Assembly: GCA_965645245.1 (NCBI GenBank)
Contig: OZ287073.1
Location: forward strand, 1,612,001 to 1,676,000
Origin: Massalongia carnosa
Taxonomy: Eukaryota
Direction: 5' to 3'
DNA: 64,000 bases
A program made the translations under genes and the position numbers. The notes under the pieces are model-generated. The model was not told the origin of the DNA. It did no database searches and saw only the letters and a list, made by a program, of their open reading frames with translations. Below are positions 25,117 through 37,720 of the stretch, in pieces. The first letter of the stretch is position 1, and each line of letters starts with the position of its first letter.

Positions 25117-25908
25117 TTATACGAAGACGAGGCTGTGCACGAGGATGGTCAATTTCAAAATCGATCTCAATTTCGGAGTTCCCAAACCTACCCTGATGTA
25201 ATAGGATGTGCCGCTGGAAGACTTGGTTGGCCTCGGCGCGCTCGTGGGGGTGGCCTGTCCGCTCTTCGTACTCTCATACCTCGATAGGGACACTATCACA
25301 TCTCCTACATCATGGCAAGGAGCCGAACGAGTAAACGTCATGGATGCGGTGCTCCCCCCAAGATACGACTGGCACGTTTGCACGTATCCATCATATACAT
25401 TCGGCGCCCACGACGTGCCCTGGTAGCACAGACACGGCGCCTGAAACGCAAAGGCACTGGCCGTCGCGAAGCCCGGGGAAAAGCTTTCACAGATGGACGA
25501 ATAGTCACTGATGCTGGCGCATGCCTTGAAGCCGGAGTTGTCCAAGGGACCGTAGGGGGCGGTGTTCTTGGGCGCTGGGGGCGGCGTGACGCCAGAGGAG
25601 TATATACCTGGACCACCAGCCGAGAGACTGGCAAGGAAGCAGCTGGCCGGCGTGGGGGCTGCAGCGCAGCAGGTGTTGATGTAACCTTGGCCGAGGCCGG
25701 TGCACGTAGCGCAGACGGATGATGCGCACGATGCGAGCGTCGGTTGGCAGGTGGCGAGGAGCTGACTGCACTCTGTGAATCTCAAATACTTGTTGGCGAT
25801 GTCAGAGCTGAGTTGAGGAAGATTCGTAATCGTGTTGGTGGGAGACTGAGCGTTAACTGCACGCGAGCACACATATCCCAGTGCGAGCAGAAGAAGACGA
25901 GGATTCAT
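25117..25908 (-). CDS. Secreted Cys-rich, probably GPI-anchored cell-surface protein
   Basis: Signal peptide MNPRLLLLALGYVCSRAVNA, two Cys clusters, a Ser/Thr/Pro stalk and a hydrophobic C-terminus. Confidence 0.75.
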   Translation of the reverse strand: MNPRLLLLALGYVCSRAVNAQSPTNTITNLPQLSSDIANKYLRFTECSQLLATCQPTLASCASSVCATCTGLGQGYINTCCAAAPTPASCFLASLSAGGPGIYSSGVTPPPAPKNTAPYGPLDNSGFKACASISDYSSICESFSPGFATASAFAFQAPCLCYQGTSWAPNVYDGYVQTCQSYLGGSTASMTFTRSAPCHDVGDVIVSLSRYESTKSGQATPTSAPRPTKSSSGTSYYIRVGLGTPKLRSILKLTILVHSLVFV

Positions 25909-26559
25909 AAATTATAGACAGCTCGAAAGATTTTAAAAATTGAATGCAGGTGTTATAGCAGTTGAGACGAGCACAGTAGAGAGGAAATTGCCCGCGATGA
26001 GCAATAAATATGTATTACTTTTCATTAGCCTTATCACACACCTTCCAGCGACACGCCTTTCCTCTTTTCCTCGTTTCCCGAGCTTCTTGTTGAATACTCG
26101 CTCAGCCTCATCGAGACCTCCCCGTATTTAACTATCCTCTTTTGCACCAACGCTAAACAAGAGCCGCTGAATTGCTTCAATGATTATTTCAATATAGATG
26201 TGCACGGTTAAGGCCCTTCGGGCCCCTTCGGGTTAGCATTACAGAAAGTTAAGCCCCTTCGGATTTGCAGCTGAACCCTGATGCCCATGAACTTGTCGTT
26301 AAAGCCACTTGTGTCCGTGCAACGCTCCCCCTGTCCTCCTGTTTTAGCTATACGGTGATGTAAAAATCAACAAAACCGTGGATGATAGATGAAGATGCTT
26401 ATCGTAGCAGGCCATTCTCTGGATACCTGGCCTAGGCCTTGAAAAGATGTCAATGCATCTTGGAAGAGTGTTATCTGTTTTGAGGAACTATTACATCAAA
26501 TGATATTCGCCGTGAGAGGTTTTCTTCGGCTGCACTCTCATGCTTTTAACTACCGTCTC

Positions 26560-27730
26560 CATCCCCGTTAGAAAATGCAGCATATTTCCTTCAGTCGGTT
26601 CAGGGCTCCTAATACCATGGAACATCATGGCAAGGCCGCTAGATTTCTACATAGGAGCTTGATGCCGACTGCTCACGACCATAGATACGATGAGATGCAT
26701 AATTGAGAGTAGCACCAAGAGAGTCGGTAACACAAGCCATTTCCACTTGATAGATACGCGTGTCTCCACTCGGTAAGCTTTGCCTCGTACCTTGTCTGTC
26801 GACATTGCTCGCATTATATCTATCATGCGCTTAGCTAAAACTTCTATAAAGTGGGTCAGGTTTGCGACATTCGACAACGCTTGTGCGGCATCAGAAGAAC
26901 AGCTAACCCCAGCGGGGCCCACTTGGCTCAAATTATAACAATAACAACTGGTCACGTTCCCTAAGAAAGCAGAATGCAAGAAATCAACGATGGGTATATG
27001 CTTTTGCTAGAACATGTAATTCCCAAGCCCGCTAATCTGCCGAATCTTCTGTAAGAAGTTTCAGCTCGTCCGTATTTTGTCAGGTTTGACACCTGCTCGA
27101 AATTCCGGCTGTGTGATACATGGGTTGCTCCCCAGTGGCTGCCCCCTGAGTTCTTGCTCCTGCTTTTGCCCTTCCATGGCTCGAGTTACACTGCTTTTTA
27201 CCATTCTCGTCGCTGTATGGATTATTGTCTAAACTCAACCGCAGTCACACCGTATCGCTGATGCGTCTGATCGCTGGAAACCATATGAGGACTGGCCTAT
27301 ATTCAACTTGGGATAAAAGAGCTCGTTATTAAAGGGATGTAATCCAGAAGATTCTTTATCTGATCATAGATATGATTATCAATCTGCCGATAACTGATCA
27401 ATTGAGTGGTTTGTAGGTCAACTTCGGAGAATTGGGCAGTAGTAAATTTGATAGAATCCAGGGCAATATCGGAATTTGCAACGATACCCATGAAAAGGGG
27501 CTTCGTATTCGAAATGCTTAGGAACCACTTCGTGAATCCCTGACAAGATAAGCAGTCCGAGGGCCACGTGTTTCAGCCAATGTCCGCTCAAATGCTTCAC
27601 ATGTCGCCACTGACGCTCCAACCAAAGGCTCTAGCATGGCGTTCTTGAAGTATGAACATGGCTCTAGTCGTGACGCCATCAAGATAACACCAAAATCAGA
27701 AGTTACAGGCGAAATTGCTTTCTTCAAGCG
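26560..27730 (-). pseudogene. Decayed DUF3176-like membrane protein gene
   Basis: VSIKWKWLVLPTLLVLLS...APM*KSSGLAMMFHG matches the family's C-terminal motif with W replaced by TAG. An upstream remnant reads EAFERTLAETRGP; there are many stops and frameshifts. Confidence 0.6.
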
Positions 27731-28499
27731 GATGCTCTTTCCAGCTTTTCAAGTTTCAAAGCCTGAGATTTGGCTCTTCATACAAAGTATTCAGCAGATC
27801 GACCAACTCGCTACTAGCGGATGCTGTTCTGCTAGTGAAGGAGAGGAGAAACCAGAAGCCCAGGAACAGTTCAGAATAGAGTATTGTTAAAAGGTGGAGA
27901 TGAAAATAAAGACATCTCGAAAGGAAGAAGTCGCCCAGTTCACATGACTACCAAGTCCTTGTTGATAAGGTAGTCTTCCTACCCTGCACGCTGTAAGAGA
28001 CTAGTTTCGAAGAAACCGTATAACGGACTTCCGCACATCTTGAGCCCATGTCGAGAATTCAAACTGTTTTCAGGGAATTTTTGGGAATCTCACATATGTA
28101 AATGATCGAAATAAGCTAGGTTAAACATCAAAACCACAGTCCGCCAATCCATCTAACCACCTCCAAAGAATTTTCCTCGGTATTAATAACTATTCCCCAG
28201 AGAAGCACAAACTCACCAGATGGTGATACATCCCCCCTACAAGAAGATTAACAGGCCGTGGGCCCCATCACGCGTCATTCAATGGCACGACACTTGCTTC
28301 AGACCTTCCAGCTAGATAGATGGGTAAATTTCCCTTTCATGCTTGGGAAAGAAATAGAATAGACGGTGACTAAAATGATCGAAGGCATAAAACTCGATTC
28401 ATGGATATCATGCATACCTCATAAGGTGGCTTCTTCCAGATAAACAAAGTCAAAGGGTTTTTGTTCCGGTAACTGAATTCCGCTAAGAGAACCCTCCCG

Positions 28500-29918
28500 C
28501 TAACCCATCACCTCATCCTCATCCTCATCCCCATTCCCATCCTCGTCTCCCTCCTCGCTCTCCCACCCTTCCCCATCACCTTCCTCGTCACCATCACTCT
28601 CAATTCCCCTTTGCGAAAACTCATTCTCAATCCCTTTGACCAGCTCCAACGCATGCTCCTGTAGCCGCTCGTCCTCGTACTCAAGCCGATCGTAGAGGGC
28701 CAGACACGTGCGCAGCCATTGTAGACTGCCGCGCCAGCATTCAATCCACTCCTCTTCCGCATTCCCCTCTGCTAGATCCCCACCACCAGCGTTTATCTCT
28801 TTCTGCTTACCTGGAGCATGATGTGCATCGCCTCCGTTTTCTCCACAATCGCTGCCCTCCCCATCTCCCCTCCCCTTCTTCTTTCCTCCCAGAACCCACA
28901 GCCCCCAGCCTCCTAAGTACCACCCTTCCACGCATCCTTCATCTCCGTCCACTATTCCCCCTGCCACCTGTAAAGCATCTTCCTCCAGCCCTACTTCCAG
29001 TAGTAGCCGTACTAGGCTGATTCGCGCCGGGAAATCCGGCACATCCGGGTGCGACGGGGATGGGAGGGCACGCCAGAGCTCCAGGGAGGTGCGGAGAGAG
29101 CGCCGTGCGGCTTCGGGTTGAGACTGTGAGATTAGAACCGAGGCGTGCGTTTGGTGCGCAGCGGGAGAGGATGGGAGAAGGGTGAGGGCGGCAGTAATGT
29201 GGGTTTGGCATTGAGATTCAGCGTCTGGGTCGAGTCTGGCAGAGAGATATGTTTAGTAAAAAATAGTGAAGGAGGGCGTGATGGGAAAAGATGGAAATGT
29301 TACGAAAAACGAAACTCACGATAAATCCGTCATGTAAACCTCCACGATCCCGCACAGCGCACCGACCAACTTTCTTTTCTTCTCCTCTACCATGGCAGCA
29401 TCTTGGTTCTCTTCCGCCCTTGCAATATCCCTTCTCAGCACTTCCGTCCCAAATTTGAACCACCGCACGCTCTCCTCCCCACCCTCCTCACACAGCTGCG
29501 CCAACCACAAATACTTTTCCGCCCCGCCACCTTCATCTTCCGATACCTTCCCATTCGGATCTAGCTCCACGGCCTGGAGGAAATAACCTCTTGCAGCGTT
29601 GGCATCTCCGAGCTCGAGGTTAATTTCCGCTAGAAGGGTCAAGGCGGCGAGAGAGGCGGAAGTAGGAGTGATAGGGGTGGACGAGGGTGTTTGTGAGGTG
29701 GCATTGGCGTTGCCATTTATATGTGATTGAGATAGCACAAGGGCGCGAAGTGCGAGTGGAAGGGCTGCATTGGGATCTCCGGTATGCAAGAAGCTGGTGG
29801 CTTCGGCTAGGAGCTCGGTGGGGGTGGGGCTACACCGTTTTGATGATTGAACGCTGTGTAAGTTGTTTTTCGCTCGGCGGGCTTTTGTCCTCGCTTGTTG
29901 AGGTCGTGTGTGGGCCAT
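28500..29918 (-). CDS. ACL4: TPR protein, assembly chaperone of Rpl4; intron 29236-29319
   Basis: GGAEKYLWLAQLCEEGG, EVYMTDLS|LDPDAESQC, PDFPARISLVRLLLEV, EGWYLGGW, and an acidic tail. Confidence 0.9.
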
Positions 29919-29987
29919 GAGTAGAGCGTTTCAAATGGGAGGAATCGGAGAGAGCTAAAGAAATGATATTGTTGTACGGAGTACAGA

Positions 29988-30078
29988 TCTATACTCTATA
30001 AAGAGTGTTCTATATTCTGTATTCTGTACTTCGTACTCTGTACTCTATACTCTATACTCTTTACTCTGTACTGTACCT
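29988..30078. repeat. Degenerate 7-bp (TACTCTR) tandem repeat upstream of ACL4
   Basis: Recurrent TACTCTA, TATTCTG and TACTCTG units. Confidence 0.6.
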
Positions 30079-31292
30079 CTAAATTGAACTCATGGCCTAA
30101 CTAGCTCAGCAAACCTTGAGTTTCTGTAATTTATTCTTCGTACAGAGTGTGTAACTTACAGATTTATTTCTTTAGTTAGAGTACGGAGTACAAGGTACAG
30201 AGTCTTGAACATAATCTGAACGACATTTCGCGGCCGTACCACCACATAAATCTCTATCTATGGCGATCCAGATACTTGATCATTTGTCTTCCTCGTCCTT
30301 CAAGGGCACGTCAAAACGCCTTGAGGGCTAAATAACCTACCAAACAAAACCAGCTTATTGGCTGCTCGAAGATTTTAGCTAGATTACTAGAAATACTTTT
30401 GATCTCTTTACTCCGTATCACACCCTTCGGTCTAATCTATAAACACGAAAGGTTGGCTAGGGATTGGACGAGATGTCTATGGCTACCATCAATCATAATG
30501 TATTGGATTCCTAGCACGTCACAGTCGTTGACGAGCCGTATAGAATTCTCCCTTATTTTTCTCTCTGTTGGTCTTATGGCAACAGACTGTACATTTCACT
30601 ATCCTCGAACTTGATTTCGGTAGTTCCAATACCTTGAAAGTTTGTTTCTAACAATTCTCAATAACCAGTATCCGGCTAGTTAGGCTTAAATTGTCTTGAT
30701 TTCTTGATTTCTTCCATTAGGCAAGAGCTGCTATGTTCTTAACTTTTCTTCGAAATTGCAATCGTAACCAAATATCATGCCTTTCATCAACTCTTGTAGA
30801 AGCGTTCCTAGCTATGTTTATGTCCATTTCCGAGATGTTCAATGTATCACCGATATTTAAATGCTTTTCGAGTATGTTAAATCTATCTCGCTGATAAAGT
30901 TTCATGGAGTAAAAATTGCTGGCAATTGAAGAGAGGTATTGAGATTTAGCTGCATGAATCAGAATATAAGCAAGCACTGCTGGAGATGCTGAAACGAAGC
31001 TATGTCAAACCTAAAGAGCATGAAGGTCTTGACACTCGAATCTCGTCTGGAGAGTCGAGTGGGGACTTTTTCGTGATGGAAACGATGTGCAGCTTGTTGA
31101 GGAAGGAGCTATTCGAGAGACCACTAACTTTCTAGCTTAACGTCATAAACGATTAGAAGTTTCTTCTCTCTATTCTAGATTAGCAAAAGACGATCAAATC
31201 TACCGCCGTGTACATATCTTATCGACTACAAGGGACCGAGCGTATTTCTGCTCATCGTTCATAAATTTCCCATCTTTGCAGCATCACTAGTT

Positions 31293-33143
31293 ATGAACCC
31301 GGCTAATATGTCACAGGAGCCGGTAAATGACTATCCGGACCCAATGTTCACCGTTTGGGATATTTCGGCCCCAGGGCTTCACCTAGATATGAGTCCAAGC
31401 AACATGCTGGACAAATTAGTCGACAGCGACCTGGAACCGTTATTGTTCGATCGGGACTATCCCCCATCAGGGCCGGCTTTCAATAGCCCGGTTATGAATA
31501 CAAGTACAATGCCACAAGAGACGACGAGTACTAATCAAGAATCGCTATCTGTTTGGGCTTACACCCCTCAGCAGCTGGTCAACCCGGTCACAAACATAAA
31601 TTACATGCCAACGCGGCCGGTCTACAGGAATGAAGATCCAACTTCCAGCGTTTGGAATCATCCCCTCCCAGAGCCGATCACTCCGCCTATGGACTTGAAC
31701 AACCTGCGAATGGAGCCACTCGGTAACTATCAACAACTTGATAATTATCAAGAAAAATTGCTCACAGTCTCGAACTATCCTCTCTCCAAGGTAATAAACC
31801 CAGCCATGAACATAAATAATATGTTAGAAACCCCGGTTTATAAAAACCAGGAACAGTTGTCTATCGGTTGGGACTATTCCCCCCCAAAGCTGATGAATCC
31901 GGTCATGGACATGAGGAACGTGCCAGAGCAGCTAGTTTATAACAACCAAGAATCTTTCTCTACCGTTTGGGACCATTCCCCCTCAAAACCGATGAACTCG
32001 GTTATGTACATGAGCAACGTCTCACCGGAGCCCCTCGGTAATTATCAAGAAGCGTCGCTCGCAGTTTCGACGAATCCTCTTGGCGAGGTGATAAATCCGG
32101 GCATGGAGATGCAAAACATGTCAGATGGGACAGTTAGTAACAATCAAGGGCCGCTGTCTACCGTTTGGACCTATCCCTCCGACGAGCCGAGGGATCCGGT
32201 CAGGGAGATGAACGGGCCAGAGAGGCCGCCCGGTAACTACCGAGAGTCATCGACTCCTGAATCGTACTCTTTCCTTCAAGAGCTGGCAGACCCGATCATC
32301 GTGAAGGCATGTATTCGTGGAGATCTTTCAGCCGTACTTCAGTTCTACGAGGAACTTGGTGACGCAAAAAACTACAATCCCGACACTTCCTTAGCCATGG
32401 CGGTGAAAGCTGCCAGATATGGGCACCCTGCAATAATGACAGAAATACTCAAAACGGGCATTCAAATCGATGAAAAGATCTTCAGGATGGCCGTGGAAAG
32501 CGGGTCGACCGAACTTGTTTTGTTGCTAATTTCGCATGGCCTCCCCGTTGCGCAATTCTATCGATGGATTCAAATTGCCCTCTTCATCGCGATCCGTGCC
32601 AAGGACATACCCATGATGGCACTTTCTCTCGATCACGGAGCAGATCCAAATTTTCGAACCCCAGAAAAGTATTTTCCTGCCCGAAAACCGTTGTCATACG
32701 CGGTAATGGTGGATTCCGCAGAGGCTGTACAGTTGCTGCTCGACAGAGGAGCGCGCATCGATGGAAGCGGAGCGCTCAGGGCGGCAGGGAGTTACGGTTG
32801 CCTTGAACCCTTGAGAACCATAGTTATGGCCCAGCATCAGCATCAGGTTGAGGCCGGAGGACCGATCAGGCTGGAAGATTCCAACTTCAAACGAGAGCTC
32901 GCTTGGACATTGATGAATGCCATCAAACATCGATACCTCGACATCATCCAATACGTCGTGCTTTTCATTGATCCTCATCGCGACACCGGCTACGGGTACA
33001 GTCCATTTGTGGTTGCGTGCGACAAGGGTGATGCCGAGGTTCTGGCTTTGCTAAACGGCGATGGGCCTGGGGACAACTCGATGGGTTCGTTCATCGCCTC
33101 GCTTCCCGCAGCTGAGACTGCCAGGTACTTTGGCATTCTTTGA
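31293..33143 (+). CDS. Ankyrin-repeat protein with about 10 N-terminal 33-aa repeats
   Basis: The C-half has ankyrin motifs (AARYGHPAI, LDHGADPN, PLSYAV...LLLDRGARID, SPFVVACDKG). The N-half is periodic. Confidence 0.85.
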   Translation: MNPANMSQEPVNDYPDPMFTVWDISAPGLHLDMSPSNMLDKLVDSDLEPLLFDRDYPPSGPAFNSPVMNTSTMPQETTSTNQESLSVWAYTPQQLVNPVTNINYMPTRPVYRNEDPTSSVWNHPLPEPITPPMDLNNLRMEPLGNYQQLDNYQEKLLTVSNYPLSKVINPAMNINNMLETPVYKNQEQLSIGWDYSPPKLMNPVMDMRNVPEQLVYNNQESFSTVWDHSPSKPMNSVMYMSNVSPEPLGNYQEASLAVSTNPLGEVINPGMEMQNMSDGTVSNNQGPLSTVWTYPSDEPRDPVREMNGPERPPGNYRESSTPESYSFLQELADPIIVKACIRGDLSAVLQFYEELGDAKNYNPDTSLAMAVKAARYGHPAIMTEILKTGIQIDEKIFRMAVESGSTELVLLLISHGLPVAQFYRWIQIALFIAIRAKDIPMMALSLDHGADPNFRTPEKYFPARKPLSYAVMVDSAEAVQLLLDRGARIDGSGALRAAGSYGCLEPLRTIVMAQHQHQVEAGGPIRLEDSNFKRELAWTLMNAIKHRYLDIIQYVVLFIDPHRDTGYGYSPFVVACDKGDAEVLALLNGDGPGDNSMGSFIASLPAAETARYFGIL

Positions 33144-33536
33144 TTGTGGTCTGATAGGCTTGCCGATATGCATCGCTGCTGCGTTTTATGTAAGATATGA
33201 CCTCTGTAGCTGGAAGGTTCTTTGGGGAGCGACGCAGCGTTCTTGTGTACTAGACCATCATGCGGGTATTTTTTTTAACCAAACGAGGTAAATAAAAAAT
33301 CCATCATCGTTTGAACGTCCCATTCGAGCATTCTTCACAAGTATTTTTCAATAATGGCCCATTCATCTTTCCGCCCATTGGGAGCATGTACTCTGTATGA
33401 GAAGAAAAAAACCCCCCAAAACCCCTCCCTCTCTCCATCCAACCAACAGCGACTAAGAACCGCCGCAAAGCAAGAGCAAGAATAAAGAAACATGAATCAT
33501 TTCCCCAAAACCCCCAAACCAAAAACAAAATAATAT

Positions 33537-33645
33537 TGCGAGCTGAGAGGTTCGAACTCTCGCATCTTTCGATAATAGTGTGAACATATCAGACCTCTGT
33601 CCGATAACTTAAAACTACCGCCTTAGACCACTCGGCCAAACTCGC
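33537..33645 (-). tRNA. tRNA-Leu(UAA) with a 27-nt intron at position 37/38
   Basis: Acceptor stem GCGAGTT/AGCTCGC+A, D arm GCCGAGTGGTCTAAGGC, anticodon arm GTAGT-TTTAAG[intron]C-ACTAT, long variable arm, and T arm GAGAGTTCGAACCTCTC. Confidence 0.95.
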
Positions 33646-33780
33646 AGATCGGGAATCTTGGCAATCTTTGAAATACATAATGAATAATATTTGTGTTTGT
33701 TGGTAGAGTGTAGTAAGTTAATTACTGCAATAGGGTTACATAATTACAATAAACACATACAGCAACAAAACAATGGAAAC

Positions 33781-34668
33781 ATGGGTCAAGAGGAGCAGAT
33801 CGAGGAGCGCGAAATCCTCGCCTCCATTTTCCCCGACGAAATCACCGGTTCGTGATAAGTTGTTCATCCATGTTTTCTCTCTCGTCCCCCTCGTCCCTTT
33901 CCATTCCCTGTTCCTCTATCTAGTCCAACAGCTCCAAACCCCGCCAACAACCAAAAAAAAAAAGAAACGAGGGAGACAGATTAGCTAGTTAACAGCCGCG
34001 CACAGACATATCCGAGAACTCTTACCGCGTTGCCATAACCCTCGATGTCCCCGGCGAAGAAGACGACGAGACCGAACCCCGTAAATCGGCCCTTTTCCTT
34101 TTCTTTCCTCCCCCCCCCCAAATCCCGAAAAGAAACCCCTCACTAAACCTCCCCAGCCACTATCCTCCTCACCGTCCTCCTCCCACCAACCTACCCCTCC
34201 ACGCCCCCAACACTTACCCTCTCCACGGTCCCCAACGCGCCCAAACACCCTCTCTTCGACCTCGCTACGGCGCGCCCGCACCTCCTCTCCCTCCTCCCTC
34301 CCCTGATCGCCGACAACCTCCACACCGCCATGATGTTCACGCTGATCAGCGCGCTGAAGGAAGGCGCCGAGGCGCTGGTGGCGGCGACGCTGGGCGCACA
34401 CGAGGAAGAGCTTGGCCGTGAGAGGCGGCGCCGTGAGGAGGAGGAAGAGCGCAAGTTTGAGGGCGAGAAGGTCACCAAGGAGAGTTTTGCGCGGTGGAAG
34501 AGGGCGTTCGGGGAGGAGATTGTGGGGGGTGGAGGGGGGTTGGAGGGAGAGAGGGAGAGGGAGAGGGAGAGGGAGGGGGAGGCGGAAAGGAGGGTTACTG
34601 GGCGGGAGATGTGGGAGAAGGGGTTGGTAGGGAGGGGGGGAGGAGGCGAGGACGAGGCCGACGAGTAG
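33781..34668 (+). CDS. GIR2: RWD-domain protein Gir2/RWDD1; introns ~33848-34005 and ~34081-34156
   Basis: MGQEEQIEEREILASIFPDEI, PTYPSTPP, AMMFTLISALKE, KFEGEKVTKESFARW and TGREMWE. Confidence 0.9.
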
Positions 34669-35125
34669 GTACCTACGTATGATTTTGGGGGGGGGAGGGG
34701 GGAAGGGAAGGAGGGGGTATGTATGTGTGGATGGATTTGGCTTCCATGAGCGGGGAGGGCGACTGTCCATTCGATGAAGATCTTCCATATAGATACCTAC
34801 CTACCTACCTATACATCCATCCCAACCCCGCAACCCCCCGCAACGCAGGCTCGCACGCTAGCTAAAACACAATCTCATACCGGAAACCAAAACCCCTCAC
34901 TAGCATGGGGAATCCATTTATTCATTTCCCCCCTTTTCCTTATCTACACTTTGCTTTTCCGTTCGCCGTTCTCGGCCCTGGCCCCCTCCCCTATCTATCC
35001 CCTTCCCGCCAGGAACAGAATAGAAAAGAACAGACTATTTTCTCTTTTTTTAAAAAAAAGAGGGTAATTTCAGGATTTCTCCTCACGTCTCTCTCACCTC
35101 TCCCCCCCCTTTGACTTACCCCTCT

Positions 35126-35184
35126 AGAAGAAGAAGAAGAAGAAGAAGAAGAAGAAGAAGAAGAAGCAGAAGAAGAAGAAGAAG
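35126..35184. repeat. (GAA)n microsatellite
   Basis: About 19 units with one GCA interruption, in the SGT2 3' region. Confidence 0.92.
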
Positions 35185-35561
35185 CAAGCAAGTAGGAAAG
35201 CAAAAAAGATTGATCGAAAGGTGGGATTGATTGGAAATATACTTGGTTGGTGGGTTGGTTAGGTGAGCGGGTACGCGAAAGGGAAAAAAGAAAAGGAAAA
35301 AAAACGCAGGTATTAATGTAGGTAGCCGGATCCTTTTGTTCGATGGGTCCGTGGGCATGGAACTGGGGGTTGGGGACTGGGGACAGCAACTAGAAGTTGG
35401 GCATGGACACCGGGATGGAAACGGAACTCGAAGAAATGAAGGCAGCATCGGTTGAAGCTTTCTAGATACTCGACTCGAGGCGAGAAGAAAGGGGGAAATG
35501 ACCTGAAACCATGGCGCACGCACGTACGCACGACTTAGGTATCAACCTCTGCCTTCCCCTG

Positions 35562-36873
35562 TCACGTCCCTCTTCCGGCACCAGCACCAGCACCGCCAGC
35601 GCCTCTTCCGCTGCCCATTAGATTCCTCGCCCTATGCGTTTATGTCAGCCAAACCTTTTGTTCCTCATCCCCCCGCATAGAAGAAGTTAGACTTACATCT
35701 CCGCGATGTTGGGATCTTGCATCAGCGCCGAAATGTCCGGCATTCCGCCGCCGCCACCTCCTCCTCTGCCGCCCCCAACTCCCGCTCCCCCGGACCCTGG
35801 CGCCGCGGGCCCCCCAGCTCCGCCGCCCCCACCGATGCCGAAATTCTCCGCCATCTGTCGAACTTGTGGGTTGCTCATCAGGTTACTCATCGCGTCCGGG
35901 TTGCTCATCAGGTTCTGCGCCATGCTTGCAAACATCGGGTTGTTCATGATGGAGCTCAGGTCTGGGCCCCCACCGCCACCGCCTCGCCCCCCTCCCAGCA
36001 TTCCTGCTAGAGCAGAGAGGTCGGGCATTCCACCTCCACTTCCACCTCCACTACCTCCTCCTTTGGCACCACCGACATCATCCATGTCCACGTCGTCCTT
36101 TTCCCTCTCCTCCTCCTCCACCTTCTCCTTCGCGGTTTTGTAGCCTTTCTTCATCGCTTCGCTTCCGCCGTTCCCCTCGTACTCGATTCCCTTCTGGTAC
36201 GCCTCCATGCTGCCCCTCGCATCTCCGAGGACGAACCGCGCCAGCCCCAGTCGGCTCCATGCCTTGGTATACTTCGGATCCGCCGCCACGGCCATTTCGG
36301 CATCCGTCTGCGCTTCAGCGTGTTTATGCGAAGCTGAATAAGCCGCAGCGCGGTTGGAGAGGTAGATGGGATTGAGGGGGGAAATGGCGATGGCTTTGCT
36401 GTAGAGATCGATCGCAAGAGGGTAGTCTTTCCGCTGCATGGCGGCATTCCCTTGCGACTTGAGGGCTTCGGCTTCAGGGCTTGAAGTAGAGGAAGCCGAA
36501 GTGCTCGGCTGTGGAGATTTCGATGGACCACTCGCGCCGGACACGGAGGAGGCGCCTGCGGTATTTCCAGCGGGAGTGGACTTTCCCTTAAGTTTCTCGT
36601 ACACCCCGTAAATGCTCAGTAGCGACTGGCCACCGATGGCGTCTTGCAGCGCGGCTTTGTCGGTAGGGTCAACGTGGAAGGTTTCGGCGATACAGGACTG
36701 AGCCACTTCGATAGATTCGGCGTCTTCAGGGGCGAGCGTGCCGTCTTTGAGCGAGGCGGAGAGGAAATCAATGATGGCGAGGGCGAGACGCTTCTTGGAC
36801 TCGGAAATGGGCGCCTGGGAATTGGGTATCAGGTTAGGGGCGTTGTGAGATACGGAGAGTATGGGCATACCAT
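35562..36873 (-). CDS. SGT2: GET-pathway TPR co-chaperone Sgt2/SGTA; introns 36815-36870 and 35632-35696
   Basis: Dimerisation domain KKRLALAIIDFL...SIEVAQSCIAE, three TPRs (LKSQGN, YLSNRAAA, KAWSRLG), and Met-rich STI1 repeats (MNNPM). Confidence 0.95.
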
Positions 36874-37495
36874 AGTGGGCGGAGGATTTCAGTTAGAAAA
36901 TTGGGTTCTAAAGTTCTGTTGTGAGTACAGAATATTGGGGGGTTTCTGTGGCTGGTTTCTACCAAATCATCGAAATCCAATCCAACGGTATTGATGTCAG
37001 AGGATCGTAAAATTTCAGTCACTCGTTAACGTTATTTAACTTAATTGTAAGTAACGAGGTATCTATCCAATTTACCGATTTGGTTTTCTGTACGCTTACG
37101 AGAAGCTCGAGAATGATAACAATAAGATCTTAAGATGCATTCCATTTAGATATGATAGGTATTTACTCGCTGACGGAGTTCTACGAACAAACAGCTTCCC
37201 ACAGTACTTTTTACCCATAATGACCTTTAGTGCTCTCCATGTCCCCCAACTTAGGCCTCCAGCTTAGGCTTCTAGCTGAAATCGATGGTTTAACGGCATC
37301 CAAAACATTGCCAAAGCCGTAATGATAGCAGTAACAGGGACCGCCGCGTTTTGTAAATCATTGGGATGCCGTGTGAGCTACCACCCCCCGAATGCCTATC
37401 CTGCCGCCATGATCGCAAGGTGCCAGATCAGGTGGCCGGGGGTGATACTTGTAGATATGGTCTATTGGCAGTTCTTGGCTCACCCGGGCAAGCTC

Positions 37496-37630
37496 GTTAA
37501 CATAGTTAACCTAGTGGTTAACATAAAACCTAGTGGTTAACATAAAACCTAGTGGTTAACATAAAACCTAGTGGTTAACATAAAACCTAGTGGTTAACAT
37601 AAAACCTAGTGGTTAACATAAAACCTAGTG
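37496..37630. repeat. 19-bp minisatellite GTTAACATAAAACCTAGTG, 6 perfect copies plus 1 variant
   Basis: Exact units at 37517-37630 and a variant at 37496-37516. Confidence 0.97.
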
Positions 37631-37720
37631 AACTTGACAAATTCGCAGAACCCGCGGAGTCGCCTATATTCCAATCGTAGTTTTTCGAAGAACTCATCGT
37701 TGCTTTAACAGGTCGGAACC

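Noticed and set aside
26211..26262. Three CCTTCGG motifs suggesting UUCG hairpins
   Set aside because: The stems are only 2-3 bp, with no supportable RNA structure.
33537..33645. Functional clustering of an intron-containing tRNA with TRL1
   Set aside because: They are 27 kb apart and intron-containing tRNAs are common in these fungi, so coincidence is likely.
37496..37630. CRISPR-like or telomeric array
   Set aside because: There are no spacers, the context is eukaryotic, and the unit is unlike TTAGGG.
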